DNA of 64,000 nt, taken from assembly GCF_006345805.1 (NCBI RefSeq), contig NW_021833051.1:27305-91304 (forward strand). The letters are read 5' to 3'. A program made the translations under genes and the position numbers. Shown piece by piece: positions 44,510 to 58,016 of the stretch. Every line of letters begins with the position of its first letter. Position 1 is the stretch's first letter. A model generated the notes under the pieces. The model worked only from the letters and a program-made list of their open reading frames with translations, was not told the DNA's origin and searched no databases. The DNA is from Octopus sinensis (taxonomy: Eukaryota).

Positions 44510-44887
44510 AAGGTGACGAGTGGCAGAATCATTAGCGCGCCGAGCGAAATGCTTAGCCGTATTTCGTCTGCCGCTACGTCCTGAGTTCAAATTCCGCCGA
44601 GGTCGACTTTTCCTTTCATCCTTTCGGGGTCGATAAATTAAGTACCAGTTACGCACTGGGGTCGATATAATCGACTTAATCCGTTTGTCTGTCCTTGTTT
44701 GTCCCTCTGTGTGTAGCCCCCGGTGGGCAGTAAAGAAATATGTATTTCGTCTGTCTCTACGCTATGAGTTCAAATGTCGCAGAGGTCAACTTTGCCTTTT
44801 ATCCTTTCGGGGTACTGGGGTCAATGGAATCGACTATCCCTCTCCCCAAAATTTCAGGCCTTGTGCCTAGAGTAGAAAGGATTATTA
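44510..44887 (+). mobile_element. Nin/Deu SINE nested in a second copy
   Basis: Tail taaagaaata joins directly to tgtatttcgtctg of a second monomer. Confidence 0.8.
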
Positions 44888-45884
44888 AATTTAGAACGAG
44901 TGGGGAGATTGTAGCACGTGACCTTGTCGCTAAAGTGTTGTACTCATGATCGTAAGACTGTGGTTCCGATTCCTGGATTGGCCGATAAGTTGTGTTCTTC
45001 AGCAAGATACTTCCTTTTACGTTACTCTAGTCCGTTCAGCTAGCAAAACTGAGTAATATAATGAAGTCACGAAAGGCCTGGCAAGCACTCGATGAATGGT
45101 GGACCTGCATAAATAAACATAGAGAAGGGAACTTGCGGACCGACAAGCTACAGCCTTTCCTGGTCTCGCGTGTTATTTATTTCTCGATGTATAGTTATCC
45201 ACGGAAGGTTGGCAACTCTGAAACCTATTCAAAAGAGAACGAGACGAAACTGAAATCGGTGATGGTGAAATCCCGATTTTTTTCAAAGGGAATTAATTCA
45301 CGATATAAAAGACGTTATGTGCGTAAGGATATAATGGCGTCCTTGCTTCATAAAAGTGTCCGGGACTGTGGATAGAACAACGCAGCTAGGAGTACATAAC
45401 ACGATTGGGCAGAACTTGAAAGAACGATGAGAAAATTTTTCACATTTTACCACAAAGAATCTAGTTACATGCATACATACATACATGCATGAATGCTTAC
45501 ATACATACATGCATAAATACAAGCATGCATGCATACATACATGCATACTGGCATGCATACGTACATAAACATACAAATGCACACACATTCATACATATAC
45601 ACATACATATATACATACATATGTATGTATATTTATATGTGTTGCGTGCGTGTACGTGTGCGTATGTGTGTGTGTGTATGTGGGCGCGCGTGCGTAATCC
45701 GTAAAAGAAAGTAAAGTAACGGAACTCGCACACGAGTATATATACTTTTCCATTGTTTATTCAGCTAAAAGTTACAATAATGAAACAATGGCCGAAAGTT
45801 TCGTGTGTAGTAGTTTTCATTAAAATCTTGGCTCTCGAGCCGCCTTTCTATGTTCCTACCATATATATATATATATGTATATAT

Positions 45885-46097
45885 TCCTTTATTCTTTTGC
45901 TTGTTTGACCCATGCTGGAGCATCGCCTTAAACAGTGTTAGTCGAAGAAATCGACCCCTATTCTAGTACTTAGTCTATCTAACCCTTTTGTCGAACCGCT
46001 AAGTTACGAGGACGTAAACACACCAACATCGGTTGTCAAGTGATGGTGTGGGGAGACAAAGGCAGAGACAAAGTCACACACACACTTACATACACAC

Positions 46098-46149
<52 letters not shown>

Positions 46150-46310
46150 CGACGGGCTTCTTTCAGTTTCTGTCTACCAAATCCACTCACAAAGCTTTGG
46201 TCGGCCTGAGGCTATAATAGACGACACTTGCCCAAGGTGCTAAGCAGCGGGACTGAACCCGGAACCATGTGGTTGAGAAGCAAGCTTCGTACGACACAGC
46301 CACGTCTGTA
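45885..46310 (-). mobile_element. Meta-domain tRNA SINE
   Basis: Matches 17017-17430. Confidence 0.8.
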
Positions 46311-46383
46311 TATATAAGTAACTAGTCAGACAATCTCTATAAGAGATGAAAGTAGTATCTATACTGAAAAGCAATGTTATTAT

Positions 46384-46470
<87 letters not shown>

Positions 46471-46752
46471 TAAAAAATTATAATGTATAACATTGAGACA
46501 CGTTTTATTCGTCTCTTAATTATATGTTAGTGTTATGGCACGGTCATTGATGAGAAGTTCGCCTAGCAAATTATTTTATTTGCTGAAAAAATTTTGAAAC
46601 CTAGGTCTGACCGGAATAAAATAACTAAGTTTTATTTTTCATTCGTTTTGAAGATTGGTCTTAAATGTGGTTTTGGTCGTTTTGACTACTTCTAGCATGT
46701 AAAACTGTTTGTTGAAGGCAGTTTCTCTTGTGTTTAAATGTACACTATTATG

Positions 46753-46798
<46 letters not shown>

Positions 46799-46824
46799 TG
46801 TATGTATGTATGTATGTATGTATG

Positions 46825-46870
<46 letters not shown>

Positions 46871-47094
46871 AATGAAGAGAAATAAATGGGATAATTAGCC
46901 CCTTATACAACACAACTAATTAGCGTTCTAATAGACCCTCAGGAATATAAAACCAAGAAAGAGAGAACAAATTTCGAAGGTCAGTGTTCATATTCACTCA
47001 ATATATTTCAAAGTTTCGGAATATTCCTCAGCATACGTGAGTGCATTTACATACACAAGATATAATATAAAAATATATAAATATGTAAATATAT

Positions 47095-47561
47095 AGAGCG
47101 AAGGCGGGAGAGATATGCGGTGATATACATCTGGAAAATCCTGGAGGGTCTTGTCCTAAACTTTGGCATTCAAAGTTACCCCAAACACAGAACGGGTCGC
47201 CACTGCATGGTGCCAAAGATTCCAACATCACCATCAAAATACAGGACCAGATACTGCAACAGCTTGGGTTTCAGAGGACCACAGCTCTTTAACATCCTCC
47301 CTAAATGCCTGAGTGACTTGCATGGTGTGGATGTGGATTTCTTTAAAACTAAACTGGATCTCTTCTTGTCGGGGGTTCCAGATGAACCTACCTCATGACA
47401 GGAGACTCAGATGCAGGCAGCGGCATCGAACTCCCTTGTTGACCAAGTGCCACGTATCAGAGGTGGATTCACATACTAGTGTAGCTCATTCAGCGGTGGT
47501 GCCCCAGCATGGCCGCGGCCTTCAGGCTAAAACATTTCTAAGGATTTAAGGATTTAAGGAT
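47095..47561 (+). mobile_element. CR1-group LINE 3' end
   Basis: ERRRERYAVIYIWKILEGLV...GPQLFNILP......VDFFKTKLDLFLS; tail of 8-bp repeats (TTTAAGGA)n. Confidence 0.85.
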
Positions 47562-47639
47562 ATAAAAATACATAAATGTAATTGCGAGGTTGTATTCCCA
47601 TATTAATATCAATGAGGATATTATATATATATATATGTC

Positions 47640-47890
47640 AAAATAAGCAACAAGGATATCAGGAGGTAATGCAGCGTTTCGCGCAACTCTATTTAACTGA
47701 ACAATGCAACCATTACATCAATTTAAATGCAGATCAATCCTCAGCTGCACAAAGACATAGAATTTAATAAAATTAAAACAGATGGACACATTAGTATAAT
47801 TTTACCTAACATCTCCAAGAAGTTGAGGAGATAGACAAAGAACATGTTGCCCTCACTTCCACTTAGAAGCTACTAAGGTATCAGGAAGAA
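47640..47890 (-). mobile_element. PLE-like terminal fragment with hammerhead-like motif (sister of ~24360-24600)
   Basis: UGCAG-CUGAGGA...GCGAAACG-CUGCA at 47670-47749; colinear with the 24.5-kb copy. Confidence 0.6.
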
Positions 47891-48187
47891 AGATGTGTTA
47901 CAGATTTTGCTTGTCACTGTTTTAAAAGGGTGAGTTTTTGCTGACTCATATACCATACCAAACGACTATATATATATATATATAGATATATATATATATA
48001 GATATATATATATATATATATATAAACACACACATACACATATATATAATATAATCACATACATACATATTATTATATATATATATATAAAGTTAATCCA
48101 ACAAGAAAGCACAATAAAACACAACAACGCGAGGAAGTGAAACAATATAGTATTATTGGACGCTCTGGAAAGAAGGAAAGAAGGAGG

Positions 48188-48220
48188 GTTTAACGTTTCG
48201 AGCGGAGCTTCGTCGGAAAC
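48188..48220 (-). ncRNA. Minimal hammerhead-like motif in a PLE-like terminal fragment (48090-48272)
   Basis: GUUU-CcGACGA-A-GC ucc GCUC-GAAAC-GUU-AAAC; the fragment ends in (TA)n. Confidence 0.5.
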
Positions 48221-48351
48221 ATAGGAGAAGGAAAGATCCAGAGAAGGGAAAAAACAGAGGTAAAAATATTCGCACACACGGTACACACGACACACACACA
48301 CACACAACACACACACACACACACATTATATATATATAAATGCAAAGGTAA

Positions 48352-48640
48352 AGAACCCTTTCGGTCATGAATGACCATGGATTGCATCTAGAAAGTTACC
48401 CTTCGAGGCACAAGTCTGGGCAGTTGCTCACGCATACTACCTCCCCCCCACGCCACCGATGTTATTCAAGTGAAAGGCCAAAAGATGCCGATACAGCTTG
48501 GCACCAGTGACATCGCGACTTATTTCTACGGCTGAGTGAACTGGAGCAACGTGAAATAAAGTGTCTTGCTCAAGAGCACAACACGCAGCCCGGTCCGAGA
48601 ATCGAAGTCACTATCTCATGATTGTGAGCCATGCGCTTTC
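48352..48640 (-). mobile_element. CORE-like tRNA SINE
   Basis: Reverse copy of 23026-23312. Confidence 0.75.
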
Positions 48641-48972
48641 ACACACATACACACACATGCACCATGCACAAAAAATATTAATCCCACATATAATACATGT
48701 AAGTTTATGCGGCAATATGGAAACAAAGAAATAAATAATACATGAAATCAGAGAATCAAGACACGCAACCGAAAAAAATGCGCAGAAATATGAAGTGGAA
48801 GAACAACAATGAAAGAAGTGTTCTATGAAAATAAAGACGCCATTGAAGAAATAGAAGAGACAATCTAACATTTTTGGTTATTCACTTTATCAAGGAGAAG
48901 GAAATGGAAAAGAAAAATAATATAATCGATACCGAATTTAGAACGTTTGTTTACATGCAACGCTGAGTGTAA

Positions 48973-49011
<39 letters not shown>

Positions 49012-49071
49012 ACTATCTATATATCTTCTATCATCTATCTATCTCTATCTATCTATCTATCTATCTGTCTA

Positions 49072-49102
<31 letters not shown>

Positions 49103-49121
49103 TTCTGCCTACCTTAAAAGA

Positions 49122-49163
<42 letters not shown>

Positions 49164-49376
49164 GCTAGTTCTAAAATCTCTCTAAGAGATCAACGCAGTA
49201 GTTGTACTAACAAGTAATATTCGTAACCACTTCAACATAGCCGTTTGTTCGAAGCTAGAGGAGGTGTCCTCTTGGGATTAAAAAATCGCAGTAGAGGCCG
49301 TTCGAATGGATATCCATGTTAAAGTGGCTACGAATATTACTTGTTTGTATGTATAGGAGTGACTGAGTGGTAAGCC

Positions 49377-49620
49377 AGGCGCAGTAGTGGGTGTGTGGTA
49401 AGGAACTTGCTTCCTAACCACATGGTTCCGGGTTCAGTCCTACTGCGTGGCACCTTGCGCGAGTGTCTTCTACTATTGCCACGGGCCGACCAAAGCCTTG
49501 TGAGCCGTGTGTATTTGTAGATGGAAACTAAAAGAAGCCTGTCGTATACGTGCGTGCGTGTGTATTTGTGTGTCTGTGTTTGTCCCACCACCATCACTTG
49601 ACAACCGATGCTGGAATTTA
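49377..49620 (+). mobile_element. Meta-domain SINE, 3'-truncated
   Basis: Head and Meta-like domain present. Confidence 0.75.
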
Positions 49621-49901
49621 TAAATATTTAATATATCGCTACGCACATTTCCAGAAATCACATGACTTTTACATACTAAATATTTATAAATTCCAACCTA
49701 GAATTCTTCTTCTTCTTCTTCTTCTTCTTCTTCTTCTTCTTCTTCTTTTCTTCGTCTCTTCTTTTTCTTCTTCTTCTTCTTCTTCTTTTTCTTCTTCTTC
49801 TTCTTCTCTTCTTCTTCTCTTTTCTTCTTCTTCTTCTTCTTCTTCTTCTTCTTCTTCTTCTTCTTCTTCTCTCTTCTTCTTGTCTTCTTATTCTTATTTT
49901 C

Positions 49902-49942
<41 letters not shown>

Positions 49943-50638
49943 CACACACACCAAACATATTGGTTTAAACTTTAAAACTTGTCTAATGAGGTTAACTGGA
50001 ATTTACGTTGGACTTTCAAGAACTTTAACTTGATCTCATCCCATTTCAACCTAACTACTTTCAACGTATCAGCATCTTATCTCCTAACTAGCCAGATTCT
50101 TCTTAACCTCTTGATCACAATATAATTACTACTGATATTCCTTCGTCTTCTAATATATTTCCCCTGCTATGCTTGGTAGCAACTATTACCAAATATTAAA
50201 GTCTTAGGTTGACCATGTGTATAAATGGTCCATATCAAATGTCAGCACAGCAGTTGGAGAATATCTAACTCATAAACAATGCTAATATGTTAATGTGTGT
50301 TGACCTGACTACAAACACTAATGTTTTATGACTGTCCCTTTCCCAGAGTTTGGTCATCCAGTACTCAAACTTTATTTAAGCGACCCTTCTATCATTTCTA
50401 TACTTCTCTTCATCCCTTTGTAACCTGTCTTCCTTTTTTTTTCTATTCTATTTGCATCTTTCCATCCTTTCTTCCACCTACCCATGCACTCACCATTCTT
50501 TCAGTGTTCTGCTTTGTTATAACCAGAAATGGCTCTGACGAAAGTAACATTAATTTTTTTTAGGCCGTTCAATTCTTCTCAACTGATCAAGAGTAAATCT
50601 ATCAGTAATGTACCTATAATGACTACTGGAAACACACA

Positions 50639-50727
<89 letters not shown>

Positions 50728-50885
50728 TATATATATATATAAGCGGGATGACCTGTAAGTGGACATCTATTATGGTAGAAGAAGATCCGCTATGGTCTTA
50801 CCACTGAAACTTCAGATTTTTCAATATGCTAGACCACTGGTTTTAAATTGATATTAATCAAATTAATATTCAATTTTTCACCCTT

Positions 50886-50933
<48 letters not shown>

Positions 50934-51000
50934 TATATATATATATATGGCCTTGTACTCCAATGAGAATCATTTATTGTTGCCTTTATTATTATTTTAA

Positions 51001-51045
<45 letters not shown>

Positions 51046-51047
51046 AT

Positions 51048-51570
51048 TAAGTGAGAGATCAGCGCATGCCATCAAAGTGACACTGGGGTACATATATACG
51101 AAGCCTAATATACCCTTCGTGACAATCCCTCATGTACACCGGGCACGTGCATCACAACCATATGTTCGCGTCATCGTGATCTCATATCAACACAAAAAGC
51201 GCATGGCCTTACAGGTGGGGCTCAGTTAGACTTTTTTTCAGGTCGAATAGCCATTCCTACTCAAAAGGTCCCCGAATAAGGGTTGTTTTAAGGATGATGA
51301 ACAAAACACTTATGTTTCCAGAGGTGAATTATTCAAACCCCAAAGAATTCCTTTCAACACACGGCTATGATGCTCCCCAACTACTTCTGCTCGTGATCAG
51401 AGACGCACATGCCATCAGCCACTAAGGGACATGCTCAACTAGTTAAAGTCAAGCAACTAACAAGGAGATCTATGATATTGAGCAGAATATTTGCTGTAGC
51501 CCGTCTCTTATAGCAAGACAAAACAATATACATAACATTACTAATCAGTTAAGATAAAAAGCCATTCGGT
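51048..51570. mobile_element. Unclassified interspersed repeat next to (ATT)n
   Basis: Sister of 30220-30540; no protein motif recognised. Confidence 0.6.
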
Positions 51571-51599
51571 GCATTAACACCTTGTCTGTCTGTCATGAA

Positions 51600-52184
51600 A
51601 ATTCAGCTCATTTTGTTGGGTATGATGGAAAGTGTCAGCTGTCTACAGTCAGCACACTAAGGTGATATATATGTTTGTTTATCATACTTCAAAAACCTTA
51701 CGGAGAACCCTTACAGTTGCAAGCAATGGTGATTTTGTAGGTGTTCAATCTTATATTTGTACCAATCTTTTTGAGCCATGTTCGTAGTTAAATGCTGATA
51801 CTTTCAAGAACGCCAATCACTATTGGTATCATGTCCTCTCTCTTCATTTCGCACAACCTGCGCATTTTCCACTTCAATGCATCATAGTTGTTTATTTTTT
51901 ATTCTACTTTCTCTTCGATGCTGTTGTCACCAGCACATGCTATGTCGATTATCAGGCGTGTTTTTTTCTTTTCTGTTCACCTCAACAACGTCAGGTTTTC
52001 GATGTCTGAATCATTTCGTCCTACAAGGATTTTGCGTTCCTCATTCTCAGAAACTCCTTCTGGGATTTGGTCATCCAATGGCTTTGATCATTCTAGGCCA
52101 TAATTTCTACAAATCTCCCAATGGATCATTCTTGCAACATTGTCATGCAGTGATTTTTTTGTCATGTCGTCTTTTATTATTATT

Positions 52185-52222
<38 letters not shown>

Positions 52223-52658
52223 TATTATTATTATTATTATTATTATTACAAATTTTCTTCCATTTCTTGCCGAGTGTCTTCCCGACTCCTAGGGCAAAGA
52301 AACTCATAGTGTATATTGGTAGGCCATTAAACCAAACTCAGTAGTTCGTTCATTTTTTTTTTTTTAAAGTTAAATTAAAATACATGAGCAGCAACAGTTC
52401 TCACATCGACAATGCTCTTCTCAATACGTGTGATGTACCAGTTAAGACAATCTTTTGCACTTCTTGCAGGGATGGTAAGCCAGGGATCATTCTCATATAA
52501 TTTTCGGTTCCTTCTTGATATTCCTAGTGCTCCTACGATCACTGGTATTGTAACCGCCTTGAGATGCCACATTTTCTCAATTTCAATGAGTAGGTCTTTA
52601 TATTTTCTGAGCTTGTCAAACTCTTTCGCTGAGATATTATGATCACAGGGGATGCTCA

Positions 52659-52713
<55 letters not shown>

Positions 52714-52917
52714 GTTGTTGTTCTTCTTCTTCTTAATATTATTATTTTTATTATCATTATTATTATGAAAACTTACAGCTTATTTTGCTGGGTATGAAGG
52801 AAAGTGTCAGCTGCCCACAGACAGCAGACTAAGGTGACATTTACTGGTCATGCTTCAAGGACACTGCGAAAAATTCATGCAGTTCTAAGCAATGCTGATT
52901 TTTGTAGGTGTTCTATT
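51600..52917 (-). mobile_element. Three R4/Dong-like 3' fragments separated by (ATT)n/(ATC)n
   Basis: 51600-52170 (RHDKKITA..ILxD..IDIACAGD), 52255-52660 (SIPCDHNISAKEFDKLRKYKDLLIEIEKMWHLKAVTIPVIVGALG) and 52770-52917. Confidence 0.85.
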
Positions 52918-54589
52918 CTTCTTTTCTTCTTCTTCTTCTTCTTCTTCTTCTTCTTCTTCTTCTTCTTCTTCTTCTTCTTCTTTCTTCTCTTCTTCTTCTT
53001 CTTATCATTATAACCAGGATGATTAAATTTAAAAGAAGAATTTAATTTTAATAGAGTTGTACTTTAAGCAGATATTTCAAACATATTTTGTGGCAATTAA
53101 TATAGACTTAATTGACATCTTCTATAGGCGCAGGAGAAATAAAAGGTAGAAATAAAAAATGATAGTAACAGACCCAAATCAAATGGTTTTATAATGTCAT
53201 TGCTTAACTTTCTTTTGTTTTTAAACAGAAGTGTACGGGAAAGACATTTAAGCGTTTCAAGAACAGATGTGTCTTTTAAAGTGGCAGACGATACTAAAAT
53301 TTTAAATATCGAGAAGCAGGGAAACTTTGCACAGCTTATACCAAGTACAGTTCAGCAACATAGTGTAAGTTTCTGCATCAAGAGTGATGAAATATAAATA
53401 AATAATATGTTATTTAATCAGCTGCTCTGTGGATAGAAATTCTTACGTTGAGTTCGAAGTATTTTCAGAATAGTGGAGAATCATTTGTTCCTACACAAAG
53501 ACAGTCAGTGGATAAAAGATAGTTTGAAGAAATGTTGGTAAATGGATGTAGAGAAGGAAGTCCGTTGTTTGTTTATTCTCAAATGCAGAAAGCCGCTTTT
53601 AACTTTTGTTGTTTGCTATTTTCACGAAATGCCAATTAGCCTTCATTGGAACAAGAAAATAGATTTGATCATTGGAAAGCACCAAGAAAGGTTTAGCACC
53701 CATGAAAAAGCAAAAAGCAAAACAGACAAGACAAAACAAACCAATAATCAACGATTCTGCTTCAATTCAATGGAAGGAAATGAAAAGAAATATTTTAGAA
53801 ATAGAGAAATCATTGACACAGAGCGGCAGCCTCAAATTGCATCAGAAAAGCAAACACTAAATTCTCCATTGCATAATTTTTGTTTTTTGCAACGCAAGCG
53901 TTGCATTGTGTGGTCTCACAGACAGGAAGAGGAAAACAATTTTGCATTTTTCTTTTGCAATAATTAAAATTACTGACAAACTATGATCTTGTCGTGAAAG
54001 AACACCTTAATAATGTGGAAAATAAACATGGGAGAATATCATATTTATCTCCGTTAGTGCAGAATAAATGTTTTCAGTTGATGGCTTCTGCTGTTCGTTT
54101 GAAATGGCTACATAGCATTAAAGCCAAATATTTTGACCTCATGTTTGATTTTACTCTAAATCGAGCACATCAAGAGCAAATGACAGAAACAATTCGTTAT
54201 TTCGATAATTTTTTTTTATAAAATACATTTTTTTAATATCCATTTAAAACGAAGGGATGCTAAAAACACTGTAGAAGTAATTTTGAAACAACTTTTCAAA
54301 GGATAAAATGGCGTTAGAAATGCGTGGATCTCAGTGTTATGACAATGCAGTAGCTATTGCAGTTTATAAAAAGTATGTTCAACATGGAAGCAACAGAAAA
54401 ATTGCAAAGTTATTTTCGTAAATAGCGACAATCATTTTCTGAATTTGGTTGGTGTGCGTGTTGCTAACGATGATGTATTAGTGGTAACTTCTTGTGCAGT
54501 TCAGTTAATATATTTCTTCTTTTCTTGCTGAAATCCTTCTTGGTAAAAACTGAGTGATGCAATAGTAGTCAAATCTGAATTTGAAGCTG

Positions 54590-54828
54590 GATTAGGGTGT
54601 CAGCATCATGATCGTAAGATTGTGGTTTCGATTCCTGGACTGGGCGACACGTTGTATTCTTGAGCAAAACACTTAATTTCATGTTGCTCCAGTTCACCCA
54701 GCTGGCAAAAATGAGTAACGCTGCGCTGGACTGGCATCCCATCCAGCTGGGGAACACATACGCCATAGAAACCAAGAAACCAGGCCCATGAGCCTGGTCA
54801 GGCTTTTAAAGGGCGCATTTATTTATTA
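54590..54828 (+). mobile_element. CORE/V-like tRNA SINE inside the hAT remnant
   Basis: Sister of 5058-5315. Confidence 0.8.
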
Positions 54829-55525
54829 AAAGTTCATTTGTAGTATGAAGGGATTAGGTGCCCCCTAGAATTAGAGTTTAGTCTATAATTAGCATTCTGT
54901 TCCCTGCAGCTCAATAATGTTTGACTAAATTTTAGCCTGCAACTAATCTAAGAGGAAATTTAAATATATCCAACCTTTGTGAAACTCGCTTATGAAGATT
55001 ATGTTATCACAAAAGAACTTTTGCAAAGCAAGTTTGGTAATCAAAATGAAACTCTGATACGAGAACTTATGTAAAACAGATGATACATTAGATTTTAATT
55101 TTCAAATGATTAGTGTTGTTTGGATTTGGGAATAAAATCCTTGTCCGTGTTGAAAACAATTCCAAGCTCACGTCACGAACATTCATAATGTTATTTGGAA
55201 TTAGAAGGCCTTTAACGTTAATTTCAAGTAGTCGTGTATTATTGGTTAGTGTATCAGCTAAAGCTTGAATGAAACTACGTGAAGAAAGCGGGTTATTGAT
55301 GTAAAAAATGGTGCAGAAAAAAGGAAGCACATGGCCTACGATAAAAGACAAGGGTGTAAAGTTAATGAAAGGGTGAAAATAATGAAAGAAACTATCGATC
55401 GCTTCCATAATGACATTTATGTCTTTAAGACTTAATTTGGAATTTTTTTTTGATGTTTGAAGATTTACTGGTTGACTCAACTGAAAGCAACAACATTCGT
55501 GACGTAAATATCTTAAAAGAATCTT

Positions 55526-55866
55526 TCAAATTCCGCTGAGGTCGACTTTGTCTTTCATCCTTTCGGGGTCGATTAAATAAGTACCAGTTACGCACTGGGA
55601 TCGATGTAATCGACTTAATTCTTTTGTCTGTCCTTGTTTGTCCTCTCTGTGTTTAGCTCCTTGTGGGTAGTAAAGAAATAGGTATTTCGTCTGCCGTTAC
55701 ATTCTGAGTTCAAATTCCACCGAGGTTGACTTTGCCTTTCATCCTTTCGGGGTCGATAAATTAAGTACCAGTTACGTACTGGGGTCGATATAATCGACTT
55801 AAACCCTTTGTCTGTCCTTGTTTGTCTCCTCTATGTTTAGCCCCTTGTGGGCAATAAAGAAATAAA
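55526..55866 (+). mobile_element. Nin/Deu SINE doublet inside the hAT remnant
   Basis: Junction taaagaaata|ggtatttcgtctg at 55680/55681. Confidence 0.8.
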
Positions 55867-55976
55867 AAAAAATATCAAAGGAATCTTGCTTCAACCTTAG
55901 ATAGTTTTTAGCACTTGTATAGATAGAATGCAACTTGATGAAAGCCTCTTGAATTGTAAGATACTTCTAAAAAGTC

Positions 55977-56313
55977 CAATATTTAAATTATTTACATTAT
56001 TTACATTTGACGGATATTTGCCCTCATCTTGTTTGTTTTTAACACAACCTTTCGGCTGATATACACCCCCCTGCCTTCATCAGGTGACTTGGGGAAATTT
56101 CGAACCTGGGTTCTCATTCCTAACATCGAAAAATACCTTAGGAATGGAACCCAGGTTCGAAATTTCTCCAAGACACCTGATGAAGACCGGAGGGTATATC
56201 ACTTGAAAAGTTGTAACAACAAACAAGATGAGGACAAATATCCGTCGAATGTAAATAATGTAAATAATATAAATAATGTCCATAAATCCTCATCTCTTAA
56301 ATATAGAACAGTA
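55977..56313. mobile_element. Foldback hammerhead-bearing element, copy 2 (12-bp TSD)
   Basis: TSD ttctaaaaagtc at 55965-55976 and 56314-56325; ~135-bp arms around catcgaaaaatacc (56124-56137); CUGAUGA cores at 56077-56083 (-) and 56177-56183 (+). Confidence 0.8.
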
Positions 56314-56674
56314 TTCTAAAAAGTCGCCTAAAGTCACAGATTTCTAAAACTGAAGAATTCTTCAATTATCGTTAGAGCAGCCATTAAAATTATGTTCACC
56401 ATTTCAGTTGTCAGTAGTTGAAATCGATCTTATTATATTTGAGAGCTTCAGTGAATCAAGAAAGACTGCCGGCTTTAGCCTTACTGTACACTGAACCTGA
56501 GGAAACTGAAGACAAAACTTCGATGATGTTATTGATGTATCTGGATCGTCAATAAATAAATAAATAATTAAAGCTCAATTTTAAAATGAAATTCAAAATT
56601 ATCCATCGATGTATTGAAGAGGTTCTCTTGGATGGTTATTATCGTTATTGGTTGTCATAACCACTCACGTTTGT

Positions 56675-56987
56675 GAGGCGTAGGAGTGACTGTGTGGAAA
56701 ATAGCTTGATTACCAACCACATAGTTTCGGGTTCGTTGTATATATGTATGTATGTATGTACGTGTGTGTATATGTTTGTGTGTCTGGGTCTGTTCCCCCA
56801 ATATCGCTTGACAACCGATGCTGGTGTGTTTACGTCCCTGTATCTTAGCTGTTCAGCAAAAGAGACCGATAGAATAAGTACGAGGCTTACGAAGAATAAG
56901 TCCTGGGGTCGATCTGCTCGACTAAAGGCGGTGCTCCAGCATGGCTACAGTCAAATGACTGAAACAAGTAAAAGAATAAAAGAGTAA
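56675..56987 (+). mobile_element. Meta-family SINE with internal deletion
   Basis: Head plus intact tail; central domain missing. Confidence 0.7.
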
Positions 56988-57231
56988 AAAAGGATGAAAT
57001 ACCCGCATTTCTGTAGTTTCTTCGCTCGGGTAAGAACATGGTAGGTGTAACATCGGCAATAATTTTTACGTTTCTCCGGTCGTGATGTAGCAGTGCCCAA
57101 CGTCATCGCTCTTTAAGAAGTTTAATCATGAGAAAGAGATCCAAAACGGAAAGAGAAGCTGGAGTGGAATGGCCTTAAGACCCGTTATCGATAGCTCATC
57201 AATAAAGAGCAAGATGGTTATCGCCGAATAC

Positions 57232-57464
57232 AAGGCGGCGAGCTAGCAGAAACGTTAGCACGCCGGGCGATATGCTTAGCGGTATTTCGTCTGCCGCTAC
57301 GTTCTGAGTTCAAATTCCGCCGCGGTCGACTTTGCCTTTCATCCTTCCGGGGTCGATTAAATACGTACCAGTTACGCACTGGGGTCGATATAATCGACTT
57401 AATCCGTTTGTCTGTCCTTGTTTGTCTTCTCTGTGTTTAGCCCCTTGTGGGTAGTAAAGAAATA
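57232..57464 (+). mobile_element. Full-length Nin/Deu SINE with 16-bp TSD
   Basis: TSD ggttatcgccgaatac at 57216-57231 and 57465-57480. Confidence 0.9.
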
Positions 57465-58016
57465 GGTTATCGCCGAATACGATGGGCAACCACAAGAATA
57501 GCAATGGGCGTGTGTGTATGTGAGTGTGTATTATGTGTTTGTAAACGTGTGTGCACACGAGTATGTATGCATATGTGTATATGTGTATATGTGTGCAAGT
57601 GTGTGTGCACGTATATGTATTTGCGTACGTGTGCATATTATGTGCTGAGGTATGTGTACGTGTGTCTGTGTATGTGCGTGTGCACATGTGTCTGTATGTA
57701 TGCATGAGTGTACATGTGTGTCTGTGTGTATGTGTATGCGTGCGTACACGCTTGTGTGAGTACGTGTATGCATAGCAATGTGTTTGTGATGAGTGTCTGT
57801 GTGGTTGTGAGTTATCGTTTAGCATCAGATTAATCCTGCGGTTTAGCCTCGGATCAAACCTATGATCAGAAGAAACTCCAGCTGCGACTATACCATCTAT
57901 TCCTATTTACGGATATGAAAGACTACATTATCTAACGCACTCCACTCCTTATTTAAAATTGTAGGATGTAACTTATTAAAATTTAGCTGCTATTTCTAGC
58001 GGGAGAATGTAATTTG

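Larger units (their letters stand above)
53200..56560 (+). pseudogene. Decayed hAT transposase (ZMYM1/DUF4371-like) with three later insertions
   Basis: ISYLSPLVQN...AKYFDLMFDFT..AHQEQMTETIRY; SQCYDNA...FVNSDNHFLNLV; C-terminal QERLPALALL..E.....FDDVID dimerisation motif; many stops and frameshifts. Confidence 0.8.

Noticed and set aside
53200-56560. Functional ZMYM1-like host gene
   Set aside because: Many stops, frameshifts and three insertions; it is a dead hAT transposase.
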